From Actinomycetes bacterium (lineage in GTDB: Bacteria; Actinomycetota; Thermoleophilia; Solirubrobacterales; Solirubrobacteraceae): 64,000 nucleotides of DNA. The position numbers were made by a program, and so were the translations under genes. Below the pieces are notes generated by a model, which had not been told where the DNA came from, ran no database searches, and was given only the letters and a program-made list of their open reading frames with translations. The stretch is from assembly GCA_021846845.1 (NCBI GenBank), contig JAJZWB010000001.1, positions 1,476 through 65,475 on the forward strand, read 5' to 3'. Positions 39,058-55,748 of this stretch are shown here, piece after piece; the first letter of the stretch is position 1; every line of letters begins with the position of its first letter.

Positions 39058-40290
39058 TCAGCGTCGGGGGCGGATCGTGTAGCCGAGCGTGAAGTAGGTG
39101 ACCACCGGCCGCGCGGTCGCGGTCCCGGCGCCGAGCGTGACCACGAGGCGGTAGCGACCGGGCCGCATGGTCCGGTGCGGAAGGCCGTGGAGGCGGAACC
39201 TGTTGCGGCCGCGCCGGTCGCGGCGCGTGAAGCTGCCCACGAGCTGCAGCCGGGTGCACGTCCTGGCGCGGGTGTGGCCGTGGCGACGGGCGGGGGCGCA
39301 ACGGGCCAGGCGCCGGACCAGGTAGAAGGTCAACGTCGCTCGGCGGCCCCTCGGATCCACGTAGCTGATGATCGGCGGCCGGCGTGGCTGCGAGCGGCGC
39401 TTGGCCCCGGTCGCGCGCGTCGCCTGGGTACCGGAGACCCTCAGGCCGGTCGCGGGCGCCGCCGGTCCGCTCGGAGCGGCGCCCACCGGCGGCTGCTGCG
39501 GCGCCGGCGCCGGGGACCCCTGGCCCGTGCTCGGGGACGGCATCAGCGACAGGACCTCCTGCGCGCTGAGCGCCCGGTCCCAGACCATCACGTCGTCGAC
39601 CGTGCCCACGAAGCCGCCCGCATGGCAGTTGGTCCCGCCGCCGCCGGCCGGCAGCGGGTAGTCGCCGATGAAGAAGTTGTTCGAGTACAGCAGCCTGTAG
39701 ACCAGCGGCCCCGGATCGCTGACCGCGGTCCCGACCTCCGCGCCGTCGACGTACAGGCGCAGGACGCTGCCGTCGAAGGTCCCGACGACGAGATGCCATC
39801 TCCCGTCCCAGACGCCGGCTCCCGCGTTCGAGGAGTCGGTGTAAACGGCCCCCTGCTGCCTGGAGACGTAGAACTCGAGCCCTCCGTCGGAGCCGGTGTA
39901 GAGCCCGTAGGAGGCCGCGGTGCAGGCGGTAGCACCCTTGGCGACGATGTATCGGTACACGCCTGGGCTTCCGAGATGCTCGACCCATGCGCTCACGGTC
40001 ACGGCGGTCGCCGGCTCGAGCGACGGCGCGTCGGTGACCTGGACGTTGCCCGAGCCGGAGAAGCTCAGCCCTGCCCCGAACGGGGTTGCAGCCCAGGAGG
40101 CGTTCCCTGACAGCACCCCGCTGTTGCCGAAGCCTGAGGCGTCGTCGATCGTGACCCCGCTGCCCTCGTTCAGCGGCCAGTAGCCGACCAGGCCGCCGGG
40201 CGTCGCGGCGTCCGCCGCGCTCGGCGCGAGAGCGGCGACCGTCGTGAGCATGAGCAGGGCCGGGAGCACGAGGCGTGAGAGGTGTCGCAT
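39058..40290 (-). CDS. exported LamG/concanavalin-A-like lectin domain protein with Pro-rich linker and basic C-terminal domain
   Basis: ORF 39058..40290. The signal peptide is LVLPALLMLTTVAALAPSAADA. LVGYWPLNEGSG...WHLVVGTFDGSVLRLYVDG...GTVDDVMVWDRALS is the Laminin_G_3-type pattern. Confidence 0.8.
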   Translation of the reverse strand: MRHLSRLVLPALLMLTTVAALAPSAADAATPGGLVGYWPLNEGSGVTIDDASGFGNSGVLSGNASWAATPFGAGLSFSGSGNVQVTDAPSLEPATAVTVSAWVEHLGSPGVYRYIVAKGATACTAASYGLYTGSDGGLEFYVSRQQGAVYTDSSNAGAGVWDGRWHLVVGTFDGSVLRLYVDGAEVGTAVSDPGPLVYRLLYSNNFFIGDYPLPAGGGGTNCHAGGFVGTVDDVMVWDRALSAQEVLSLMPSPSTGQGSPAPAPQQPPVGAAPSGPAAPATGLRVSGTQATRATGAKRRSQPRRPPIISYVDPRGRRATLTFYLVRRLARCAPARRHGHTRARTCTRLQLVGSFTRRDRRGRNRFRLHGLPHRTMRPGRYRLVVTLGAGTATARPVVTYFTLGYTIRPRR

Positions 40291-40678
40291 GACCTAACAA
40301 CGCCGCGTGCTGTCACCTACCTCCGCCCGGAGCTTCGATTGCGCCCAATCCATGATGTCGAAGCTCAGGTTGCATGGCCGGCGGCGCGCCCGGCGGGGTG
40401 CCGGCACGCGCACGCGCTCCGGCGGGCCGCCGCGGCCGGGTTGCGGCCGCGCGCCGTTGCCCCTACACTGCGCCGGCCAGCCGATAGTCGCAGCCACCCG
40501 GAGATACGGTGCCGCGCCACATACGCGGCCGCCGCGGGCGGGGTCCGTGAGCGCTGAGCAGCCCTTGGCGGGGCGCCGCTTGCGTGTGCTATCTTCGTTG
40601 GTCGCGCCTGCCCGCGCCCGATGAGGCGGCGGGCCGCGCCAGTCCGCCTCCCTCTCGACCGCCCGAGGAGTCGCCGTC

Positions 40679-44347
<3,669 letters not shown>

Positions 44348-44484
44348 TCCCGTCCGCTCGCCCCGGCGCCGGGACGGCCGTGACCGGGCCCGCAGGCGCA
44401 GGCAATCCCATTGATCGACGCAGGGGGCTCCGCCCCCGCACGGCGGGCCTCCGGCCCGTCTGACCCCCAGCCAGAGGAATCATC

Positions 44485-48636
<4,152 letters not shown>

Positions 48637-48643
48637 CGGTCGT

Positions 48644-48675
48644 GTCCCGGGGCGGCGGCGCCGCCGTCCCGGGAC
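48644..48675 (+). terminator. long GC hairpin 8 nt after the rpoC stop
   Basis: gtcccggggcggcggc / gccgccgtcccgggac. It has about 13 paired positions and no U-tract. Confidence 0.5.
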
Positions 48676-48832
48676 CCCATCCACCGGGGATCGCGCGCGC
48701 TCTGGGATCCTGCGGACATTTCCGGATGCGCCCGCGGCCGCTTCCAGTACTCTGAACCTCAGCCTAGGCCTCTACCGGGGACGTGGGGCAAGGCCCAGCA
48801 TCGACCACGTCAACGTTTCGGAGCTCGCCGAG

Positions 48833-50290
48833 ATGTCGTTGATCACGCCTGGGCTGAGCGCCCGCACCGGCGCCAGCATGTCCTCATATCGCCGTCGCCC
48901 GTCCACACGGCACATCGCCGTCGTGGCGACGCCGATCCTGCTCGTCGTCGCCGCCGTCGTAGTCTTCCAGTGGCGGTCGCAGGCCCATGCGGCGGATGCC
49001 GCCGCGCGCTCCGCGCTGGAGAGCGGGATCGGGCTGCTGGCGCTCGCCGGCACGGCTCTGCTGGGCGCCTCGCTGCGGCGCACGAGGCGCCTGCGGGACC
49101 TGTGGCTGCTGGCGGCGCTCGGCGTTGCGACGCTGATCGACCTGGCGTTCAACGTCCCGCCCACCTACCGGATCGCGGTCGACGTCCAGGGTTACGGTGC
49201 CCGTACGGCGCTGCTGCTGGTCGGCTCGCTCTGTCTGCTTGCCACCTCGCTGTCATCCGGTCGCCGGCTGCGGGCCGGCGACCGGCGGCGCTCGCGAGCG
49301 GTGGTGCTGGCGGCGCTCGGACTCGTGGCCGCTGGGGAGGCAGTGAACCTGATCGCCGGTCCGGTGGCGACCACCGGCGCGCGGGGCCGGCTGGAGCCGG
49401 TGGCCGTCGTCGTGACCCTGATCACCTGCGCGAGCCTGATGCTGGCCGCCGTCGAGTTCCTCAGCTGGCGTGGGCGCGCGAACGAGGATGCGGAGCTGCT
49501 GGCCGGCGCGGCCCTGCTGGCGCTAGGGGGCTCGCTGTGCAGGCTCGCGCTGCCCGCCCCGCGATACGACTGGCTGACGCTCGCCGACGCGCTGCGCGCG
49601 GGATTCTTCCTGCTGATGCTCACGGTCGCGATCCGGCTCTACCGCCGCGTGGAGGGGCAGCTCGCCCACGAGGCCGTCGTCGAGGAGCGGCTGCGGATCG
49701 CCCACGACCTGCACGACGGCCTTGCGCAGGACCTGGCGTTCATCGCCGCCTACGCCGATCGCCTGGCGAGCGCCTACGGCGCCGATCACCCGGTGGCGAT
49801 CGCGGCCGCTCGGGCGCTCGCCGCTTCACGCGGTCGCATCATCGACCTGGAGGCCGTCTCGGCGCCCACCGCAGAGGCCGCCCTGCGCGAGCTCGCCGAC
49901 GAGTTCCGCGAGCGCTACGGTGTGGACGTGGTGATCGACGCCTCCGCCGGGGCGGAGGAGCTGGATGGCGACGAGCGGCGCGAGCTCGTGCGGATCGCCC
50001 GTGAGGGGATCGCCAACGCGGTCCGCCACGGCGGTGCGCGCACGATCAGGCTGACGCTCGGCCCCCGCAGCGGCGGAACGCTGCTGAGCGTCGCGGACGA
50101 CGGCTGCGGCATCGCCGAGGCTGGCGGGGCGAGCGCCGGGACCGGGCTCGGCCTGCGTGCGATGCGCGACCGGGCGAGCCGCCTGGGCGCCCGGTTGCGC
50201 GTGGGCGACAGCGCGGCCGGCGGGACCGAGGTCACGGTCACCGCGGCCCAGGCGCCAGACGCGGTCGCGCGCAGGCGCTCAGCGTCCTGA
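48833..50290 (+). CDS. polytopic membrane sensor histidine kinase (HisKA_3 type), no adjacent regulator
   Basis: ORF 48485..50290, from ATG 48833 (alternative 48878). The earlier codons overlap rpoC. It has about 6 TM segments, H-box RIAHDLHDGLAQDL, N-box REGIANAVRHG, VADDGCGI and GLGLRAM. Confidence 0.85.
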   Translation: MSLITPGLSARTGASMSSYRRRPSTRHIAVVATPILLVVAAVVVFQWRSQAHAADAAARSALESGIGLLALAGTALLGASLRRTRRLRDLWLLAALGVATLIDLAFNVPPTYRIAVDVQGYGARTALLLVGSLCLLATSLSSGRRLRAGDRRRSRAVVLAALGLVAAGEAVNLIAGPVATTGARGRLEPVAVVVTLITCASLMLAAVEFLSWRGRANEDAELLAGAALLALGGSLCRLALPAPRYDWLTLADALRAGFFLLMLTVAIRLYRRVEGQLAHEAVVEERLRIAHDLHDGLAQDLAFIAAYADRLASAYGADHPVAIAAARALAASRGRIIDLEAVSAPTAEAALRELADEFRERYGVDVVIDASAGAEELDGDERRELVRIAREGIANAVRHGGARTIRLTLGPRSGGTLLSVADDGCGIAEAGGASAGTGLGLRAMRDRASRLGARLRVGDSAAGGTEVTVTAAQAPDAVARRRSAS

Positions 50291-50400
50291 ACGCCGCAGG
50301 GCCGGCGGGACCGAGGTCGCGGCCCGGCTGCCAGACGCGGTCGCGCGCAGGCGTTCACCGTCTTGAACGCCGCATGAGCCGCGCCGTTCATTGAACGCCA
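50216..50400. repeat. tandem duplication (85 nt, 76 nt and a partial copy) of the kinase gene 3' end including its stop
   Basis: gccggcgggaccgaggtc...ccagacgcggtcgcgcgcaggcgctcagcgtcctgaacgccgca at 50216 is repeated from 50301, with a 9-nt deletion and a few substitutions. Confidence 0.9.
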
Positions 50401-50605
50401 CGGTGGCGCTGCCAATACTCGTCGGACCCGCGAGCGCCCGGGGAAGGCGCCGCAGCGACAGAACGTGAGGGCAATGTTGCAAGACCGCAGGGCTCCCTTC
50501 TCACCACGCCCGGCTCGCACAGCGCGGGGCCAGGTGTCGACAGGAACCGGGCGCCGGCAGCCGGATGGCCGCCCGGCCCGTGCACCCGGCGAGGCTGGCA
50601 CGCCG

Positions 50606-51652
50606 GTGGACGGCGGGGGCGCGGTCGACAGGCCGCTGTCCGCTCTGGTCGTCGGCCTCGGCGTGATGGGCTCGTATCACCTGCGGATCCTCGACAGCCT
50701 GCCCGGGGTGAGCGTGACGGCGGTGGTGGAGCGAAACCGCGCGCGCCGGGAGGAGATGCTGCGCGGCCACGCCCAGACCAGCGGCCACGCGACCCTGGAC
50801 GAGGCGCTCCGGGCGCACAGGTTCGACTTCGCCTGCCTGGCGGTGCCCGTCGGGTCGCTGCCGGAGTGCGCCTCGGCGGTCATCGCGGCCGGGGTTCACG
50901 CGTTCGTGGAGAAGCCGATGGCGCCCGGCGAGGAGCAGGCGCGGGACCTCGTGGCCCTCGCCGGCGAGCGGGGCGTGATGCTAGCGGTCGGTTTCGTGGA
51001 GCGGTTCAACCCGGCTGTCGTCGCGCTCAAGCGAAAGCTGGACGCGGGCATGATCGGTCGGATCGTGCAGATGCACGCCCGCCGTCTCAGCCCGTTCCCC
51101 AACAGGGACGGCATGGCGGGCGTCGCCCTGGACCTGGCCACGCACGACATCGACCTGATGCGCTTCCTGTCGGAGTCCGAGGTGGAGCGCGTCTACGCCG
51201 AGGCGGCCGGGCGCGAGCAGGTCGACGGCGACGATCTGATCTGCGCGACGCTGCGCTTCGACTCCGGCGCGAACGGCCTGCTTGAGGCCAACTGGATCAC
51301 GCCCACCAAGGTGCGCGAGCTCAGCGTGCTGGGGGAGGGGGGCATGTTCGTCGTCAACTACCTGACCCAGGAGCTGATGTTCTTCGAGCACCCGACCCGC
51401 TCGACCGAGTGGGAGCAGCTCTCGGGGATGCGCGGCGGTGGCGAGGGGGACATGATCCGCTACGCCCTTGACCGTCGCGAGCCACTGCGGGTCCAGTGGG
51501 AGGCGTTCATCGAGGCCGTGCGCTCCGGCCGGCCGCCCGCCGTCAGCGGCGCGGATGCGCTCGCTGCGCTGTCGACGGCTCGCGCGATCCAGCGCGCGGG
51601 CGGCGAGCACCGCCCGACCGTGCCCGAGTACCGGCCGGCCGCCGTCGCATAG
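50606..51652 (+). CDS. Gfo/Idh/MocA-family NAD-dependent sugar-nucleotide 3-dehydrogenase-like oxidoreductase
   Basis: ORF 50465..51652, with start taken at GTG 50606 and uncertain. It has the Rossmann segment LVVGLGVMGSYHLRIL, AFVEKPMA, and a C-terminal Gfo/Idh/MocA dimerisation-type domain. Confidence 0.75.
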   Translation: MDGGGAVDRPLSALVVGLGVMGSYHLRILDSLPGVSVTAVVERNRARREEMLRGHAQTSGHATLDEALRAHRFDFACLAVPVGSLPECASAVIAAGVHAFVEKPMAPGEEQARDLVALAGERGVMLAVGFVERFNPAVVALKRKLDAGMIGRIVQMHARRLSPFPNRDGMAGVALDLATHDIDLMRFLSESEVERVYAEAAGREQVDGDDLICATLRFDSGANGLLEANWITPTKVRELSVLGEGGMFVVNYLTQELMFFEHPTRSTEWEQLSGMRGGGEGDMIRYALDRREPLRVQWEAFIEAVRSGRPPAVSGADALAALSTARAIQRAGGEHRPTVPEYRPAAVA

Positions 51653-51660
51653 CGGCGCGC

Positions 51661-51833
51661 GGTCTGGTGCCGGAGGGCCGGTCGGGTGGTGCCCGGACGG
51701 TCCGCCGGCTGAGGGCCGGCCGGTTGGTGCCCGGACGGTCCGCCGGCTGAGGGCCGGTCTGGTGCCGGAGGGCCGGCCGGTTGGTGCCCCGACGGTCCGC
51801 CGGCTGAGGGCCGGTTCGCTGCCTGGGGGCCGG
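51661..51833. repeat. composite tandem repeat (21-nt motif A, 38-nt motif B, order A-B-B-A-B) between convergent genes
   Basis: A is ggtctggtgccggagggccgg. B is (t/c)cgg(g/t)tggtgccc(g/c)gacggtccgccggctgagggccgg. Confidence 0.9.
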
Positions 51834-52997
51834 TCAGGCGGCGGCGACCGAGGCGTCGCCGGTCGCCGGCGGTGATTCCTGCATGCCGATCGCCTCCTCA
51901 AGCGAGCTCGCCACGCGATCCAGATCGCCCTCGGTCAGCCCCTGATGAAGCGGGAGCGCGAGCGTCTGGTCCATCAGCATGTGCGATACCGGCAGGTCGC
52001 CCGGCGCCGTCGCGCAGCGCTCCGTGAAGGCCGGCTCGGCGTGCATCGCGTAGGTGCCGAGTGTCGCCTCGATCCCGGCCTCCCGAAGCGAGGCGATGAT
52101 CCGGTCACGGTCGATCCGCTCCGCCAGCGTCACCACGTAGGACTGGTACGGATGGCGGTGGCCCGGCGGCTGGGCCTGCGGGGTCACCCCGTCGACCGTC
52201 GACAGGCGCTCCGTCAGCAGCGAGGCAAGCTCCCGTCGCCGTTGAACGACTGCCGCATACCCCGGCGCCTGGGAGAGCCCGAGCGCGGCGTTGAGCTCGC
52301 TCATGCGGAAGTTGAACCCGGGCTCGACGAACCGGGACCGCCAGCCGCTGCGCTCCGTTCCATGGTTGCGCAGCCGTCGCAGGCGCGCGGCGAGCGTCGC
52401 GTCGTCGGTCGTCACCATGCCGCCCTCGCCGGTGGTCAGCGACTTCCGGGGATGGAAGCTGAACGCGCTCAGCGAGCCGAACGAGCCGCACTGCCGGTCC
52501 CCGATCCCTCCACCCAGCGAGCACGCGGCGTCGCACAGCAGCGGGATGCCGCGCTCGGCCAGCAGCGGCTCGATCCGCCCGTAGTCGGCCGGCAGCCCGA
52601 ACACGTCCACCGTGATGACCGCCGACGTGCTCTCGGTCACGGCAGCCGCGAGCGCGTCCGGATCGATGCAGTACGTGCTCGGGTCCACCTCGACCAGCCG
52701 CAGCCGGGCGCCGCGCTGCAGCACGGCGTTCCCGGTCGCCGGGTAGGTGAAGTCGGCGGCGAGCACCTCGCTTCCGGGTCCGATGCCGAGCGCCGCCAGC
52801 GAGAGCTCCAGCGCGGTCGTCGCCGAGGTGACGGCCACCGCGTGGCCGACGCCGCACAGGTCCGCCACCGCAGCCTCGAAGCTCTCCACTACCGGTCCCT
52901 GGGTCAGCCGGCCGCTGTCGAGCACCCTCTCGATCGCGCTCAGCGCCGCACGGTCGAAACGCGGCTCGGCCAGCCGCAGCACGCCTCGATCGCTCAC
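51834..52997 (-). CDS. DegT/DnrJ/EryC1/StrS-family PLP-dependent sugar aminotransferase
   Basis: ORF 51834..52997. Motifs are GHAVAVTSATTALELSL, LLCDAACSLGG and SFHPRKSLTTGEGG (PLP lysine). Confidence 0.92.
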   Translation of the reverse strand: MSDRGVLRLAEPRFDRAALSAIERVLDSGRLTQGPVVESFEAAVADLCGVGHAVAVTSATTALELSLAALGIGPGSEVLAADFTYPATGNAVLQRGARLRLVEVDPSTYCIDPDALAAAVTESTSAVITVDVFGLPADYGRIEPLLAERGIPLLCDAACSLGGGIGDRQCGSFGSLSAFSFHPRKSLTTGEGGMVTTDDATLAARLRRLRNHGTERSGWRSRFVEPGFNFRMSELNAALGLSQAPGYAAVVQRRRELASLLTERLSTVDGVTPQAQPPGHRHPYQSYVVTLAERIDRDRIIASLREAGIEATLGTYAMHAEPAFTERCATAPGDLPVSHMLMDQTLALPLHQGLTEGDLDRVASSLEEAIGMQESPPATGDASVAAA

Positions 52998-53602
52998 CGG
53001 CCGCGCTCCCCTCGCCGGCGCCTGATCCGCGCCGGGACGCCGTACGCGACCGCGCCCGGCGGCACGTGGCCGGTCACCACCGCGCCGGCCCCGATCTGAG
53101 CGCCGGCGCCGATCCTCGCTCCGGGCAGCAGGATCGCGCCGATGCCGATGTCGGAGCCGCCGCCGACGTCGATCGGGGCGAACCGTAGGGGCGCGTCGAT
53201 GATAGGGCCCGGCGGCGGAGTCTCGGCGTGCGTTGAGGTGAGCATCATCACGCGCGGTCCGATGCCGGCACGGCTGCCGATCCTGATCCCGCCGGCGCTG
53301 TGCAGGTAGCAGTCGGGTCCGATCCAGGCCTCCGGACCGACGTGCAGCTCGCCGCGCGTGTCGCCGATCAGCATCGCGCGGTGACCGACGTACACCCCGT
53401 CGGCGAGATGCACGTGCGCCGGATTGAAGATCAGCACCCCCTCCTCGATCACGACGCCGTCGCCGAGGGTTCCGAGCTGCCCGGGTTGATAGCGGCCGCT
53501 GCCGTGCGAGCGCGGCCGCACGGCTAGCGGGCGCAAGACGACGCCATCCTCCAGGCGGGCCGCGCCCGCTCGTCCGGCGATCTCACCCTGGCTCGCTGTC
53601 AC
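52994..53602 (-). CDS. left-handed beta-helix (hexapeptide repeat) N-acetyltransferase
   Basis: ORF 52994..53662, with start taken at GTG 53602 after aaggggcagggtgag (alternative GTG 53662). It has hexapeptide runs IGSRAGIGPRV and IGIGAILLPGARIGAGAQIGAGAVV. Its stop overlaps the aminotransferase start. Confidence 0.8.
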   Translation of the reverse strand: MTASQGEIAGRAGAARLEDGVVLRPLAVRPRSHGSGRYQPGQLGTLGDGVVIEEGVLIFNPAHVHLADGVYVGHRAMLIGDTRGELHVGPEAWIGPDCYLHSAGGIRIGSRAGIGPRVMMLTSTHAETPPPGPIIDAPLRFAPIDVGGGSDIGIGAILLPGARIGAGAQIGAGAVVTGHVPPGAVAYGVPARIRRRRGERGR

Positions 53603-53717
53603 CGTCTCACCCTGCCCCTTCGCGTATCGCGTGGCGCCGATCGCACGGTCCGCCCGGCGCACGGCTCATCCGCGTCGATCAACGCAAGGACGCCGGCGGG
53701 CCTTGCGTTCTGTCGAC

Positions 53718-54584
53718 GTGGACAGGCAGCCGACCAGGGCGCAATGGCGGGAGTTCGCCGCTCGCAGGCGGCGCACGCCCAGGCCGGGCGCGGGCTCCGA
53801 GCACCGTCGGCTGCCTGAGTTCGGCCTGGAGGGCTACGCCGATCTGATCGGCCGCGTGCGAGACGCCGGATACCTGTTCGCGCCGGCCGGGGAGATGCGC
53901 TCCGAGGTGCGGCGGCGCACCTTCTACCTGCGCCACGACATCGACCTGCACCTCCTGCACGTCGACCGCATGGCGGAGGTCGAGGCCGGGCTCGGAGCGC
54001 GCGCGACCTACTACGTCGCGCTGACCCAGCAGTACAACGTCCTCAGTGCGGAGAACGTCGCGATCCTCCACCGGCTCGTTGCGCTCGGACACCAGGTCGG
54101 CCTGCACTACGACCTGGTCTGCTACCCGTCGGACCCCGACGCGGCCCTTGAGCGCCTGGACTGGGAGGTCGGCGTGCTCGCGCGGTGCTGCGGCGCCGAG
54201 GTCAGCTCCATCTGCATGCACCAGCCGCACACCGGCCTGGAGAACCTGTTCGCGATCGGTGGTCGCTACCTCAACCCGCACGATCCGCGCCTGGCCAGGG
54301 GGCTCGTGTACGTGAGCGACAGCTGTCGCGCCTGGCGCGACGAGACCCTGCTGCGCTGCCTCGGCAGCGACCCTCCGGATCGCGTCATGCTCAACACCCA
54401 CCCCGAGCTGTGGCTCGACGCGTCGATCCTGGAGCGCGAGCGCTACCTGGACGGGGTGGTGATGCCCAACGCCACCCGGCAGGCGAGCCTCTACCTCGAC
54501 GGGACCGTCAGGGAGCTGTGGCGCAATCACGCGGGGGGGCGCGTCCACGACGCCCGCGTGCTCGGAGCCCGCGAGCGCGCCTGA
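53718..54584 (+). CDS. polysaccharide deacetylase-like (CE4-related) protein
   Basis: ORF 53631..54584, from GTG 53718 (start uncertain). FYLRHDIDLHL...ATYYV...LGHQVGLHYD resembles NodB-fold sugar deacetylases. The assignment is tentative. Confidence 0.5.
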   Translation: MDRQPTRAQWREFAARRRRTPRPGAGSEHRRLPEFGLEGYADLIGRVRDAGYLFAPAGEMRSEVRRRTFYLRHDIDLHLLHVDRMAEVEAGLGARATYYVALTQQYNVLSAENVAILHRLVALGHQVGLHYDLVCYPSDPDAALERLDWEVGVLARCCGAEVSSICMHQPHTGLENLFAIGGRYLNPHDPRLARGLVYVSDSCRAWRDETLLRCLGSDPPDRVMLNTHPELWLDASILERERYLDGVVMPNATRQASLYLDGTVRELWRNHAGGRVHDARVLGARERA

Positions 54585-54703
54585 GAGGGTGGCTCGGCTC
54601 GTGCCGCGAGCAGCGGGCGCTGCGCGGCGTTGCTCGTGTGAGATCCCGTCGCGTGGCGTCGGGGCCGACTGGTCTTTGAGCATGGTGAGCAAAGGAGACT
54701 CGC

Positions 54704-55702
54704 GTGGATCTGAGGGGTAAGCGCCTAGTCGCGATCGGGGGGGCCGGGCTGATCGGATCCCATACGGTCGATGCCCTGCTTGAGCACGACGTCGCAGAGG
54801 TGGTCGTCTACGACAACTTCCTGCGCGGCAGCGAGGACAACCTCGCCGAAGCGCTGCGCGACCCCAGGGTCACGATCCACGACGCCGGCGGTGACATCCT
54901 GCACACCGACATCCTCGCCAGGGCGCTGAAGGGCGCCGACGGGGTGTTCCACTTCGCGGCGCTGTGGCTGCTCCAGTGCTACGAGTTCCCGCGGGCGGCG
55001 TTCGAGGTCAACGTCCGCGGCACGTTCAACGTGTTCGAGGCCTGCATCGACGCCGGCGTGCAGCGGCTCGTCTACTCGTCGTCGGCCTCGGTCTACGGCG
55101 ATGCCGTGCAGCAGCCGATGACCGAGGAGCACCCGTTCAACTTCACCGACTTCTACGGCGCCACGAAGGTCGTCGGCGAGGCCATGGCCAGGGCGCTTTA
55201 CGGCAGGTACTCGCTGCCGTACGTCGGGCTTCGCTACATGAACGTCTACGGGCCACGCCAGGACTATCACGGCGCCTACATCGCCGTCATCATGAAGATG
55301 CTCGATGCGATCGATCGAGGCGAGCCGATCGTGATCTACGGCGACGGCAGCCAGGCCTACGATTTCGTGTACGTCGGAGACTGCGCGCAGGCCAACGTGC
55401 GCGCCATGTCGGCCGACACGGTCGATCGCAGCTACAACGTGTGCACGGGACGCCGGACGTCGATTCGCGAGCTGGCTGACATGGTTCTGGAGCTCACCGA
55501 CTCCGACGTCGGGATCCGGTTCGAGGCGTCCGGGTTGACGTTCGTCAAGAACCGGATCGGCTCGACCGAGCGCGCCAGGGACGAGATCGGCTTCGAGGCC
55601 CGCGTCCCCCTCCGGGAGGGGCTGAGAGCCCTGATCGACTGGCGCCGGGAGCACCGCGAGCAGGTCGCGGAGCGCCGCAACAGGGCTCGACTGACGGCCT
55701 AG
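54704..55702 (+). CDS. NAD-dependent nucleotide-sugar epimerase/dehydratase
   Basis: ORF 54704..55702. Motifs are the Rossmann segment IGGAGLIGSH, SSSASVYG and YGATK (YxxxK). Confidence 0.88.
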   Translation: MDLRGKRLVAIGGAGLIGSHTVDALLEHDVAEVVVYDNFLRGSEDNLAEALRDPRVTIHDAGGDILHTDILARALKGADGVFHFAALWLLQCYEFPRAAFEVNVRGTFNVFEACIDAGVQRLVYSSSASVYGDAVQQPMTEEHPFNFTDFYGATKVVGEAMARALYGRYSLPYVGLRYMNVYGPRQDYHGAYIAVIMKMLDAIDRGEPIVIYGDGSQAYDFVYVGDCAQANVRAMSADTVDRSYNVCTGRRTSIRELADMVLELTDSDVGIRFEASGLTFVKNRIGSTERARDEIGFEARVPLREGLRALIDWRREHREQVAERRNRARLTA

Positions 55703-55748
55703 CCCACGCTCCGTGTGGCGGTCCTGAGGCGACGAGCGGAGCCCTCGC

